A DNA stretch of 64,000 bases, taken from contig CANBES010000006.1 of NCBI GenBank assembly GCA_947367845.1, positions 1,603 to 65,602 of the forward strand, read 5' to 3'. This stretch comes from an uncultured Clostridium sp. (GTDB lineage: Bacteria; Bacillota; Clostridia; TANB77; CAG-508). The translations under genes were made by a program, and so were the position numbers. Positions 48,237 through 57,268 of this stretch are shown here, one piece after another. The notes beneath the pieces were generated by a model that searched no databases, had not been told where the DNA came from, and was given only the letters and a program-made list of their open reading frames with translations. Positions within the stretch are counted from its first letter, which is position 1. Each line of letters begins with the position of its first letter.

Positions 48237-49163
48237 TTATCTAGCCATTTGTCTTTGTTTTAATCTTCTGTGATGTTCTTCTACACATTTAAAAAGGAAA
48301 TCTTCCACTTCTTTCTCTGTTACTACATCTCTAGGCAGGTATTTTTCAAACCTATCATAATGTATATTATATTTTGGCTTTTGATTTGGTTTTTCTGCTG
48401 ACATTATTTCTTCCAATTTATCTGTTGTAAGTTTTCCCTCTTGACTTAACTTTTTTAAATATATTGCTTGTGATTGTGAGGGTGTTGCATCATATTTTTT
48501 TATATAGCATAATAATAGATTTTGTTCTTCTTTAGACAAATAGGAAATTTCAACAGCTGGGCTAAAAGATATTTTACCTATATCCACCATGTCTAATAAT
48601 TCTTGTATCAGTTCTGTTAGCCTTATATATCTTTGAACTTGTCTGCCACTTTCTCCATTGTCTTTGCCAACTAAATCTGCACTTTCATAATTTCCGACAA
48701 CTTGTCGGGAATTTTCCTTTTTTGGTCTTCCTGCTTGTCTTTTTATAGCTTCTAGCTTCATTTTATAAGCAAATGCCTTTTCTGATGGTAATACTTTTTC
48801 TCTTTGTATGTTGCTATCTACCATTATAATAGTAGCTTCTTCATCTGTCATTTCTCTAACAATAGCAGGTATTCCATCTAATCCTGCCTTTTTTGTTGCA
48901 TAATTTCTTCTGTGTCCTGCTACCATTTCATAGCCACCATTTTGTTTTGGTCTTACTAAAATTGGCACTTTTACACCTATTTCTTTTATGCTTTCTACCA
49001 TATTGTCCATTTCTTCATTGTCTGTTATTTTAAATGGATGATCTGGAAAATCTGTAATATCGTATGGATTTAATATTACTACTGTTTCAGCTTTTCCTTT
49101 ATTTGTGCTAAATTTTAGTAACTCATCTACACTGGGTAGTTCTATCTCTGGTCTTTTCGCTAT
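48237..49163 (-). CDS. parB: ParB-like nuclease-domain protein, apparent ATA start
   Basis: VAGHRRNYA (ParB-N). The frame is open 51 codons upstream of the ORF-track ATG, back to a TGA: (I)AKRPEIELPSVDELLKFSTNKGKAETVVILNPYDITDFPDHPFKITDNEE-MDNM. GGAGGAGG, then 9 nt, then ATA (49161-49163). Confidence 0.65.
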   Translation of the reverse strand: MAKRPEIELPSVDELLKFSTNKGKAETVVILNPYDITDFPDHPFKITDNEEMDNMVESIKEIGVKVPILVRPKQNGGYEMVAGHRRNYATKKAGLDGIPAIVREMTDEEATIIMVDSNIQREKVLPSEKAFAYKMKLEAIKRQAGRPKKENSRQVVGNYESADLVGKDNGESGRQVQRYIRLTELIQELLDMVDIGKISFSPAVEISYLSKEEQNLLLCYIKKYDATPSQSQAIYLKKLSQEGKLTTDKLEEIMSAEKPNQKPKYNIHYDRFEKYLPRDVVTEKEVEDFLFKCVEEHHRRLKQRQMAR

Positions 49164-49818
49164 TTTTCAACACCTCCTCCGTAAAATTTTCATAAGCTAC
49201 TGCTGGCTTACTTTTCTTGTCATAAGCATATATACTCTTGCCCTCTATCGTACTTTCGGCTGCTTTTACTCCCATAGGAATTACTGTGTTGTATATCTTT
49301 ATTCTGCTTCCATAACTATTTCTTAATGTTTCTATTGTTGTCTTTGCTAAATTTGTTTTCATATCTGCAATGGTCAATAATATTCCATCTATTTTTAGTC
49401 TTGGATTTATCTGTACTCTCGTTTTATCTATTGTTTGTATTAACTGTGTCATTCCTTTAAGAGGTAAGTATTGAGCTTGAACTGGAATAATTACACTATC
49501 AGCTGTTGCAAGTGCGTTTATTGTAAGAAGTCCTAATGAAGGTCTACAATCAATTAAGATATAATCATAATCTTCTTTAACATTATCAATGTATTGTTTC
49601 AATATATTTTCTTTGTTTATATATTTAACTAGCGATATATCTAGTGCTTCTAATTCAATATTAGCAGGCATTAAATTTACACCTTCTGCATTTTGTAGTA
49701 TTCCTTCATTCTTGCTTATAGGCTTTTCCTGTATTACTTTCTCCATAATATTTTTTATTGTTATCTCCATGTTGTCTTGATTTTTGTACCCCAATGATGT
49801 TGTCAAATCTCCTTGTGG
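49123..49818 (-). pseudogene. parA: ICE parA, 3' part (split by the inserted element)
   Basis: It begins PQGDLTTSLG.. and lacks Walker A. ILIDCRPSLG and the rest of a ParA/Soj fold are present. The 5' part is at 63454..63585. Confidence 0.8.
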
Positions 49819-49876
49819 CAATACTTATTTACAATATTTTTTAATTTTTTTCAAAAATTTAATAACTGTGTCCTTT

Positions 49877-50050
49877 TTATGCAACATTTTCAACTTTAAT
49901 TTTCAATGTTTCATCTGTAATAATCTTCTTAATCAATTCTTCATAAGTCAATTTTGCTCCGTTAGATTGAATTAAATTGACAGTATAGATTGTTCCATTT
50001 ATCTCTAACTTGAATTTACATTCATTATTATTCTTCTGTTCTTTAGACAT
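49877..50050 (-). CDS. TnpW-like small protein
   Basis: MSKEQKNNNECKFKLEINGTIYTVNLIQSNGAKLTYEELIKKII.. with SD GGAGGAG. The call rests on my recollection of TnpW-type proteins and its position at the element end. Confidence 0.45.
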   Translation of the reverse strand: MSKEQKNNNECKFKLEINGTIYTVNLIQSNGAKLTYEELIKKIITDETLKIKVENVA

Positions 50051-50081
50051 CTTTTTTCTCCTCCTTTCCATTTTTAAGCAT

Positions 50082-50115
50082 AAAAAAATAGAGATACTAA
50101 TTTCTTAATATCTCT
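50082..50115 (-). terminator. Rho-independent terminator (identical hairpin to 29029-29054)
   Basis: agagatactaatttcttaatatctct with a flanking A/T run. Confidence 0.6.
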
Positions 50116-50272
50116 GTGCTTATTATATTTAATTTTTTTAATTACATTTATCAAATTTTCTTTTAAATTTTACTTAAAAATCCACAGTATAAACCTGTGG
50201 ACTCTTAATTTGTATTATATATAAAATCTTTCATTTTCAAGTGTTTTACTTTTATTTAATTAAATTTTTCAT

Positions 50273-50515
50273 TTATAAAATGCCTTTATCTATCACATCC
50301 TTTCCAAAAATCTCTAAGTCTTTTATATTATTTAAGTCAGATAAATCTTTTCCATCATATTTTTCTAAAAAATTTAGTAATGAAGTTCGTCTGACTTTTA
50401 GACTTCCTAAATTTAATGCTGGTAAATAACCTTTTCTTATCAAATTATAAACATATCCTACATTTGTTTTTATTAAGAGTGATACTTCTTTAACTGTATA
50501 TAAAACATCTTCCAA
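50273..50515 (-). CDS. Excisionase-type (MerR-like HTH_17) DNA-binding protein
   Basis: LYTVKEVSLLIKTNVGYVYNLIRKGYLPALNLGSLKVRRTSLLNFLEKY. Confidence 0.6.
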   Translation of the reverse strand: MEDVLYTVKEVSLLIKTNVGYVYNLIRKGYLPALNLGSLKVRRTSLLNFLEKYDGKDLSDLNNIKDLEIFGKDVIDKGIL

Positions 50516-50651
50516 AATTTATCCCTCCTCATTATTCTTTGGAGTCTTATTAACAAAGCCACCTATATTTAAGGGTTTCATTTTAGCAATTGCCTCATCA
50601 AGTTCTTTCTCATTAGTTATTCCACACTTTTTTAATTCTTTCCATAAATTC

Positions 50652-50909
50652 TCAATATTCACTTTCTTTCCTTTCAGTATCTAATAATATTTTCTTTATC
50701 ATTTCTAATTTTGTTTCAGCTATTGTTGCTCTTTCTATTGCTTTTTCATACATTTGAATATTAACTGTATCTGAACCAACTTTTATTCTATATCTGCCTG
50801 TTTCAGTAATCTGGTATTCTACTTGATTTGTTGCAATTAACTTCAATACATTCTTATGTCCTATTTTAAATCTTCTCATATATTCATTAACACTTATATA
50901 TTCTTCCAT
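50652..50909 (-). CDS. Small HTH protein (Xis-like)
   Basis: ISVNEYMRRFKIGHKNVLKLIATNQVEYQITETGRYRIKV. Confidence 0.5.
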   Translation of the reverse strand: MEEYISVNEYMRRFKIGHKNVLKLIATNQVEYQITETGRYRIKVGSDTVNIQMYEKAIERATIAETKLEMIKKILLDTERKESEY

Positions 50910-50925
50910 TATAGTTCCACCTATT

Positions 50926-51207
50926 TTATTGTCCTTTTAATGTTAGTTTTTTGTTTATTTCTACTAATTCTAAATATATCAAATTTAATAAATTGTCTTG
51001 TTTTTCATCTTTAATATTTACATATTCAAGAAATTTACTTCTTATGATGTTATAATTCCATCGCCCTCTTTTGCTTTCTACTGCTGTCCCCCAATTTACT
51101 TTACCTTGTCGTAGTAAAGCTCTAATATATTCAGGATTCTTGCCAATTATCTTTCCTGCTTGTTCAGGAGTTAATGTTTCCACTCTTTTTATATCTTCTT
51201 CCATCAA
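50926..51207 (-). CDS. Small HTH protein (Xis-like)
   Basis: LTPEQAGKIIGKNPEYIRALLRQGKVNWGTAVESKRGRWNYNI. Confidence 0.5.
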   Translation of the reverse strand: MMEEDIKRVETLTPEQAGKIIGKNPEYIRALLRQGKVNWGTAVESKRGRWNYNIIRSKFLEYVNIKDEKQDNLLNLIYLELVEINKKLTLKGQ

Positions 51208-51233
51208 AATTGCCCCTTTATAAACTTAAATTA

Positions 51234-51470
51234 TTATTCTTCTTTATTTCTCTTTACCTTATACCAATCTCTAATAGCACTTCCTAAAGCTACTTTTTCT
51301 TTTCCGTAATTTTCACTTGGAAAATCCTTGCTATTATAAATGCATAATGCTGTTGGTACACTGCATTTTCTTAATTTTGCAAATTCTGTTGGAGTATAAA
51401 AATAATTATCTTGTAACTCTCTTATTTCATATTCTTTTGTTTCATTTTTTTCTTTTTCCAATAATACCAC
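51234..51470 (-). CDS. Small HTH protein (Xis-like)
   Basis: YTPTEFAKLRKCSVPTALCIYNSKDFPSENYGKEKVALGSAIRDWY. Confidence 0.5.
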   Translation of the reverse strand: MVLLEKEKNETKEYEIRELQDNYFYTPTEFAKLRKCSVPTALCIYNSKDFPSENYGKEKVALGSAIRDWYKVKRNKEE

Positions 51471-51643
51471 CTCTTATTATTTTTTTAATTTATTACCCTC
51501 AATATACATCGCCACCATTCTTTTTTTATTTGTGTGTCGTGCCGCAAAACTATTTTTATTATACAATAGTTATATTCTAAAATCAAAACTACAAAAAAAG
51601 AAACATTAGCACTTTTATTAAATGTTAATGTTTGCTTTTATAT

Positions 51644-52279
51644 CTATTGATTATTTTTTACCATATTGAATATTTTTACAAATTCTGTATGTGTGTTTAA
51701 TATTATTGAATAAGAAGTTGAACCAATTTGCAAAATTATTCCATCATTCACTTCTGTTACTGATGTTATCTTATCAAATGTTTTATCAAAACATTCATTA
51801 GTTGAAGAATAAATCACTCTTTTATTTGTAATATATAATGTACCAGCATATGTTGTTCGTTGATTTTCTCTTATTGCTTTTCCCCCAGAGCCACCTGTTC
51901 TATATGTTAAGCCTTTCATTAGTCTAATACTAATTCCACTACTTTTACCTGTATATCCTGTAGTTATTGTTTTATCCTTAAAGGTATATCCTATATCTGC
52001 ATAATGGCATACCTCATCATTTGCTAAATTTATATTTGTTCCTATTATGGTAGGTAGTTGACCATTTTTTATCATATTTAATGTTTCTGTACTCATTAAT
52101 GATTTACTATTAGTATTTTTTCCAGTAAGTTCTTTAATAATATCTATAATCCAACCAATTCCACAAAGTCCTCCTGTAAATAAATATATTAGTCCCATTT
52201 TGTAATCTTTATCTATAAACTTATGAACTCCAAATACACCTAAAAATATTACAATTAATAATCTTGTTTTTTTGTTCAT
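51644..52279 (-). CDS. TM2-domain membrane protein with a C-terminal PH-like (YokE-type) domain
   Basis: LLIVIFLGVFGVHKFIDKDYKMGLIYLFTGGLCGIGWIIDI is a TM2 motif. The C-terminus has YAGTLYITNKRVIYSS..ITSVTEVNDGIILQ. Start ATG 52279 follows GGAGG. Confidence 0.55.
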   Translation of the reverse strand: MNKKTRLLIVIFLGVFGVHKFIDKDYKMGLIYLFTGGLCGIGWIIDIIKELTGKNTNSKSLMSTETLNMIKNGQLPTIIGTNINLANDEVCHYADIGYTFKDKTITTGYTGKSSGISIRLMKGLTYRTGGSGGKAIRENQRTTYAGTLYITNKRVIYSSTNECFDKTFDKITSVTEVNDGIILQIGSTSYSIILNTHTEFVKIFNMVKNNQ

Positions 52280-52315
52280 TCTAATTTCCTCCATAGTGTA
52301 AGTAAATTGCATATA

Positions 52316-53236
52316 TTATGCTCTCGGTCCTACGAATTTATCTCCGTTTAAATGTATCATATGATCTGGCATTTCACTTAACCATACTTCTGTTTCCCAA
52401 GCTAAATCTTCTGCAAACTTTTTAAAAGTTTTCATATCTATAAATGCTGTAACAAATATTTTTCCTAAATCACACTTTTTTGTCATTTCATTTATTTCTA
52501 ATATTCTCTTTGGACTTATCGGACCAACACTTGTAACTGCTTCAATGAAATAAACCCATTTCTTATCATCTTGATATAAAATAACATCTGGCAATTTTTC
52601 GTGTTTTCCCATTGATATTTTCAGTTTTTTTAACAGTTCGTTGTCCTTATATAAGTCTTTATCTTTAGTATCTCCAACATATAGTACAATACTATTCTGT
52701 GCAAATCTTGGAGCAAATTCTTCTATTATAGCTTTTTGTAATTCATTATGCTTTCCTGTGCTAAATTCAAATTTTTCTCCATTTATTATTACAGGCATCT
52801 TTGTCAGTTTCCTTTTGTTTTCATAAATGCTTATTAGTTTTTCGTGATTTTTTAAATATTTTTCTTTTTCACTTTCCCACTTTGCTGTTTTATATTTTTT
52901 AATTAAATCTAAAGCTTCTATCGTTAATCTGTATCTATAATTAGGACTGTTTGTTGGTTTAGCATTGTCTTCAACTATAGCTGCAATCCTAAAATGGTGT
53001 AATGCTTGTTTTCTAAATGTTTCTCTACTGTTTTCAGCATATACAATATTATACTTTTCTTTTATAAATTCCATAATATCGTGTATTCTAATATATTTAT
53101 TAGTTGCTTTTTCCCATTCTTGATTTTCTTCTAATTGTAATAAAGCTAATAGAGTATATGCACATAAATCTGATTGTTGTGATTTTGGCATTCCTATTTC
53201 TTTTAATATCTCTTTTGCCTCGTCTAATTTATTCAT
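52316..53236 (-). CDS. Type II restriction endonuclease, BsuBI/PstI-like
   Basis: LPDVILYQDDKKWVYFIEAVTSVGPISPKRILEI matches my recollection of the BsuBI/PstI C-terminal domain. ATG 53236 overlaps the methylase stop (ATGAATAA). Confidence 0.55.
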   Translation of the reverse strand: MNKLDEAKEILKEIGMPKSQQSDLCAYTLLALLQLEENQEWEKATNKYIRIHDIMEFIKEKYNIVYAENSRETFRKQALHHFRIAAIVEDNAKPTNSPNYRYRLTIEALDLIKKYKTAKWESEKEKYLKNHEKLISIYENKRKLTKMPVIINGEKFEFSTGKHNELQKAIIEEFAPRFAQNSIVLYVGDTKDKDLYKDNELLKKLKISMGKHEKLPDVILYQDDKKWVYFIEAVTSVGPISPKRILEINEMTKKCDLGKIFVTAFIDMKTFKKFAEDLAWETEVWLSEMPDHMIHLNGDKFVGPRA

Positions 53237-54692
53237 TACTAATCGCCTCCAATAATACATTATCACATATTTCAGTTGTTATATTTACTTTTTTTTGTAA
53301 TCTCTTTCCTATGTTTTTTATAATATTTTCATTTGGTATAGGTATATTATTTATCTCTGTTGCATTTACTTGAGTTGAGCCATTTAAGATTCTATAATAC
53401 TTATCATATAATGTACTATTATAAATTCCATATAATCCATATATAACATCTTCATTTATATCTTTTTTATCTATACTGCCAATAAAGTTAATATGATTTT
53501 CAGTAGATATATACTCATAGTTTGCAAAATCTTTTTTGAAAAACATAACAGGTTGTATTCTTCTGTTTTCCTCTTTACTGCTAAATCGTTTTATGAATAA
53601 TGAATTAGTATTTTTTTGTAGTAAAGCTGTATTATCTTTACTCACATACTGCAGTTCATCTTCATTGCTTGGAAATTTTATAAATCCTTTATTAAAATGA
53701 ATAGATGAAAAAAGAGGAACACTATTATTTGATGCCTTATTTGTTAAATATTCTTCATTTCTGAAATCAACAGTTAATCCTGTTTTCAATTTCAATCCTA
53801 TATCTTCTAATTTAGTATGAAAAGATTTTATTGTTTCCAGCACCTCAATATCAGTATTATCTATTGGCAAATATACATATCTTTCATTATCTTTTTCTAC
53901 GCATACATTATAATCAATATTGTAAGATTTTAATTCTTCAAAATCTTCATTACTATATGATTGCGTTATATGAATTGTGTTCTTTATTTCTTTAGTCTTT
54001 ATAGCTTTTAAAATCATAGTTTCTTGTAATACATTTTCCTTATTAAATACTTTATCTCTACTAATAAATAAATGTATATCAGTAAGCCTAACATTATCTA
54101 AAAATACTTGTCTAAACTTTTTAAAATATGCCCCTGATGTCCACGATCTAGGAACTATAAATATCATTTCTCCATTATTAGTTAGTAATCTCATAGCTTT
54201 CGTCATAAACAGAAAATATAAGTTAGGCTGTCCATATATCACTTCGCTCATTTCTTTTGCTTCAATGTCATTCTTTCCTATTTTTTTATATGGTGGATTA
54301 CTTATTATAATATCATAACTTGTTTCTTTATTGCTTAGTATAAAGTTTTCTTTAATAATATTATATTTCGTTAATTTACTTACTTTTTCTTTTGTTTCTG
54401 CCATATTCTTTTCTAATATTGGTATAATTTCTAAATCATTTTCATATAAATCTATTTCTATATTTTGTATATCTTCTTCTTTATTCAACTTTTCTAATAA
54501 TGCTATACTTAAAATTCCTGTTCCAGCTCCTGCATCTAATATTTTTATATTATCTTTTTTATAGTTACTTAATTCTGCCATATATATAGCCGTTTCTTTT
54601 GATGTGAAAAATTGCCCTATTTTTTTTCTATCACTTTTACTTTTAGAATTAAGATACTCATCTGTACTATTTAAAACCTTTTCTAATAACAT
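53229..54692 (-). CDS. N6-adenine DNA methyltransferase (gamma class), PstI/BsuBI-type partner
   Basis: GQFFTSKETAIYM, ILDAGAGTGILS (motif I) and IISNPPYKKI (motif IV). Confidence 0.8.
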   Translation of the reverse strand: MLLEKVLNSTDEYLNSKSKSDRKKIGQFFTSKETAIYMAELSNYKKDNIKILDAGAGTGILSIALLEKLNKEEDIQNIEIDLYENDLEIIPILEKNMAETKEKVSKLTKYNIIKENFILSNKETSYDIIISNPPYKKIGKNDIEAKEMSEVIYGQPNLYFLFMTKAMRLLTNNGEMIFIVPRSWTSGAYFKKFRQVFLDNVRLTDIHLFISRDKVFNKENVLQETMILKAIKTKEIKNTIHITQSYSNEDFEELKSYNIDYNVCVEKDNERYVYLPIDNTDIEVLETIKSFHTKLEDIGLKLKTGLTVDFRNEEYLTNKASNNSVPLFSSIHFNKGFIKFPSNEDELQYVSKDNTALLQKNTNSLFIKRFSSKEENRRIQPVMFFKKDFANYEYISTENHINFIGSIDKKDINEDVIYGLYGIYNSTLYDKYYRILNGSTQVNATEINNIPIPNENIIKNIGKRLQKKVNITTEICDNVLLEAISNE

Positions 54693-54785
54693 CTTTACTC
54701 CTTCATTTTTTCACATTATACCACAAATTTTAAGAAAAAACATAAATAAGAGATATATTTTTTCAATATCTCTTATTTTTTTATC

Positions 54786-55427
54786 TTATAATAAACTGCT
54801 ATCTTTAAGTCCTAATTTAAAGGTTTCCACTAATTCAATGTCTTGTATATCATCAGCTAACTTTAGATATTCGCTTAATGCTTTTATTTCATTTTTATTA
54901 AGTTCTACTATCTCACTTCGTTCTATAAAATTCATTACATTTGGGTAATCTTCTTTTAGTTTGCTCATTTTGTGTACTATATCTTTATAGTCTTTTCTAT
55001 TCCAGATACTACCTCCTAGCATTTCTTTTATACAATGCATATTTCTATAAATAAAAGTATTTTGTAAATCTTCAACATTACTATTTACAAACTTTTGGCT
55101 ATTGTCTGCTATTTCTTTTTTTAAATATATTCTATCTAAAAAACCTAATTTGTAATACTGTTTATTCCAAAAACTACTTTCTCCAGACATAGCTCCCTCA
55201 AACCTGTCTAATTTTAGCCATAGCTGTTTTTGTTTTTCCTTATCTTTTACTAACTCATACATTAAGTTCTCTAATTCTTCTTTAGCTTGTCTTGTTTCTT
55301 TTATTTCTTCTGGCTCTCCATACATTCTAATATATAACCCATCTAGTCCATCTCCTCTTGTTTCGTATATATCATTTAAAACTTGATTTTCAAATAATTC
55401 ATTAACTGTATATTCTCTTTTTTCCAT
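54786..55427 (-). CDS. Hypothetical protein, paralogue of 55439..56047
   Basis: Shared pattern with its neighbour: NDIYETR/DNLYEIR, EELxNxM, KLxxFE, FWxKxYYKxGFxD, then a second helical half. Confidence 0.45.
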   Translation of the reverse strand: MEKREYTVNELFENQVLNDIYETRGDGLDGLYIRMYGEPEEIKETRQAKEELENLMYELVKDKEKQKQLWLKLDRFEGAMSGESSFWNKQYYKLGFLDRIYLKKEIADNSQKFVNSNVEDLQNTFIYRNMHCIKEMLGGSIWNRKDYKDIVHKMSKLKEDYPNVMNFIERSEIVELNKNEIKALSEYLKLADDIQDIELVETFKLGLKDSSLL

Positions 55428-55438
55428 TTTCTCCCCTC

Positions 55439-56047
55439 CTACAATGATTTTCCTGTTTTCACACCAATTTTAAACATTTCTTCTGCCTCTATTGTAAATC
55501 TATCATTATATAAACTTATTACTTTTAAAATTGCTTTCATTTCTTCTGGTGTAAATTCTTCAATTTTTTCATCGTAAATAAATTTCTCAACTCTAGGGTA
55601 TTTACTATATATGTCAATAAGTTCTTTTTTAATGTTATTATAATATTCATTTGATTTTAAATTATTGTGCTTTGTTTTATCTACATAGTCCCATATATCA
55701 TCAAATTTATCATAAATACTATCTTCATTAGAAATATTGTCTGCGTTTTTTTCTTCCTTTATTTGCTTATTTAAAGATATTGCATCTATAAATCCTGTTT
55801 TATAATATGGCTTATACCAAAAACATAATTCGTCCATTGCACATAATTCAAACTTATTTAATTTTCCATACAAGTTCTTTATTTCCTTTTCATCTTTTAT
55901 AAATTTCTTCATAAAATTTACTAATTCTTCTTCTGCTTTTTCCGTTTTTTTACTTTTTGGTGGCTTGCCATATTTTGATATATAGCGTTTTTCCACTTCT
56001 CCCTCTCTTATTTCATATAAGTTATCAAGTATCTTATTTTCACACAT
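55439..56047 (-). CDS. Hypothetical protein, paralogue of 54786..55427
   Basis: See the paralogue. It is divergent from the XRE gene at 56169. Confidence 0.45.
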   Translation of the reverse strand: MCENKILDNLYEIREGEVEKRYISKYGKPPKSKKTEKAEEELVNFMKKFIKDEKEIKNLYGKLNKFELCAMDELCFWYKPYYKTGFIDAISLNKQIKEEKNADNISNEDSIYDKFDDIWDYVDKTKHNNLKSNEYYNNIKKELIDIYSKYPRVEKFIYDEKIEEFTPEEMKAILKVISLYNDRFTIEAEEMFKIGVKTGKSL

Positions 56048-56168
56048 TTTTATTTTTCCCTCCTAATTATCGTTATAGCGTTATTTTATTGTATGTTTTT
56101 TAATTAGTCAACGCTGTGGCGATAATATTTATTTTTGATTTTGTTATACTAATAAAAAGGAGAAAACT

Positions 56169-56405
56169 ATGGATTTACAAGAAGCTATTCGATTAAGAAT
56201 TTTAAATTTATGCAAAGAAAATAATATCAATATAAACAAACTTTCTACTTTGGCTGGAGTCCGTCAGTCTACTATCAATAGCATAATTAACGGACATAGT
56301 AAAAAAGTACAAGTTTTAACAATACTTCGTATTTGTTTAGGCTTAAATATGCAACTTGATGAATTTTTTAATGATAAATTATTTAAAGACTTAGATGATG
56401 AATAA
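56169..56405 (+). CDS. XRE-family HTH protein
   Basis: IRLRILNLCKENNININKLSTLAGVRQSTINSIINGHSKKVQVLTILRICLGLNMQLDEFF. Confidence 0.75.
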   Translation: MDLQEAIRLRILNLCKENNININKLSTLAGVRQSTINSIINGHSKKVQVLTILRICLGLNMQLDEFFNDKLFKDLDDE

Positions 56406-56442
56406 TACAAAACATTATTTATAATCTAAGTCTTTTATTTTT

Positions 56443-57267
56443 TTATCTTCCTAACTCTCTACTTTTCCACTTTTGCTTATATTGTTTCAATAAATTTTCA
56501 ATAACATCTTCCATTTGTTTTGTGCTATAACCTTTTGGAAAATAGCCTTTTAAATTTTCTACCTTAAATTTTATTTGTTCCTTTTGATTTGGTTTTTGTT
56601 CCGTCATTATAGCGAAAATCGTGTCCATATCTAGTTTGTTTTGTCTGCTTAATTCTTTCATTCTTATTGCTTGTGGGTATGATGGTGTGCAATCTTCACT
56701 TTCTATTGTTTCTAATAAGTCCTTTTGTTCCTGTTCTCTTAAATATGATATTTCTACTGCTGGGTTCATTGCCATTTTATTATCATCAACTAATTGTAAT
56801 AAAGGTTTTATAAGTTCTGTTAGTCTTACATACCTTTGTACTTGTCTGCCACTTATTCCCTCTGCAATTTTATCTCTGGACTTGTGGACATTGTGTCCAT
56901 AAGTTTTTTTACTCTGGTTTTTCTCTGCCTCTAACTTCATTTTATAAGCATAGGCTTTTTCACTTGGTAGTATATCACTTCTTTGTAGGTTACTATCAAC
57001 AAGAGTAATTATTGCCATATCTTTATCCATATCACGAACTAAAACAGGAATTTCGGTTTTTCCTGCTTTTTCACAAGCATATTTTCTTCTATGTCCACTC
57101 ACGATTTCGTATCCCCCTTTTTCTCTATTTCTTACTATTAACGGCTCTATAACTCCATATTCTTTTATACTTTCGATTAAATCTTCCATATCTTCATTAT
57201 CTTTTACTTGGTATGGGTTATCTTTAAATTCGTGTAATTCATTTATATTTACAATTTTTTCACTCAT
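56443..57267 (-). CDS. ParB-like nuclease-domain protein (paralogue of 48237..49163)
   Basis: FKDNPYQVKDNEDMEDLIESIKEYGVIEPLIVR..VSGHRRKYA. Confidence 0.7.
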   Translation of the reverse strand: MSEKIVNINELHEFKDNPYQVKDNEDMEDLIESIKEYGVIEPLIVRNREKGGYEIVSGHRRKYACEKAGKTEIPVLVRDMDKDMAIITLVDSNLQRSDILPSEKAYAYKMKLEAEKNQSKKTYGHNVHKSRDKIAEGISGRQVQRYVRLTELIKPLLQLVDDNKMAMNPAVEISYLREQEQKDLLETIESEDCTPSYPQAIRMKELSRQNKLDMDTIFAIMTEQKPNQKEQIKFKVENLKGYFPKGYSTKQMEDVIENLLKQYKQKWKSRELGR

Positions 57268-57268
57268 T

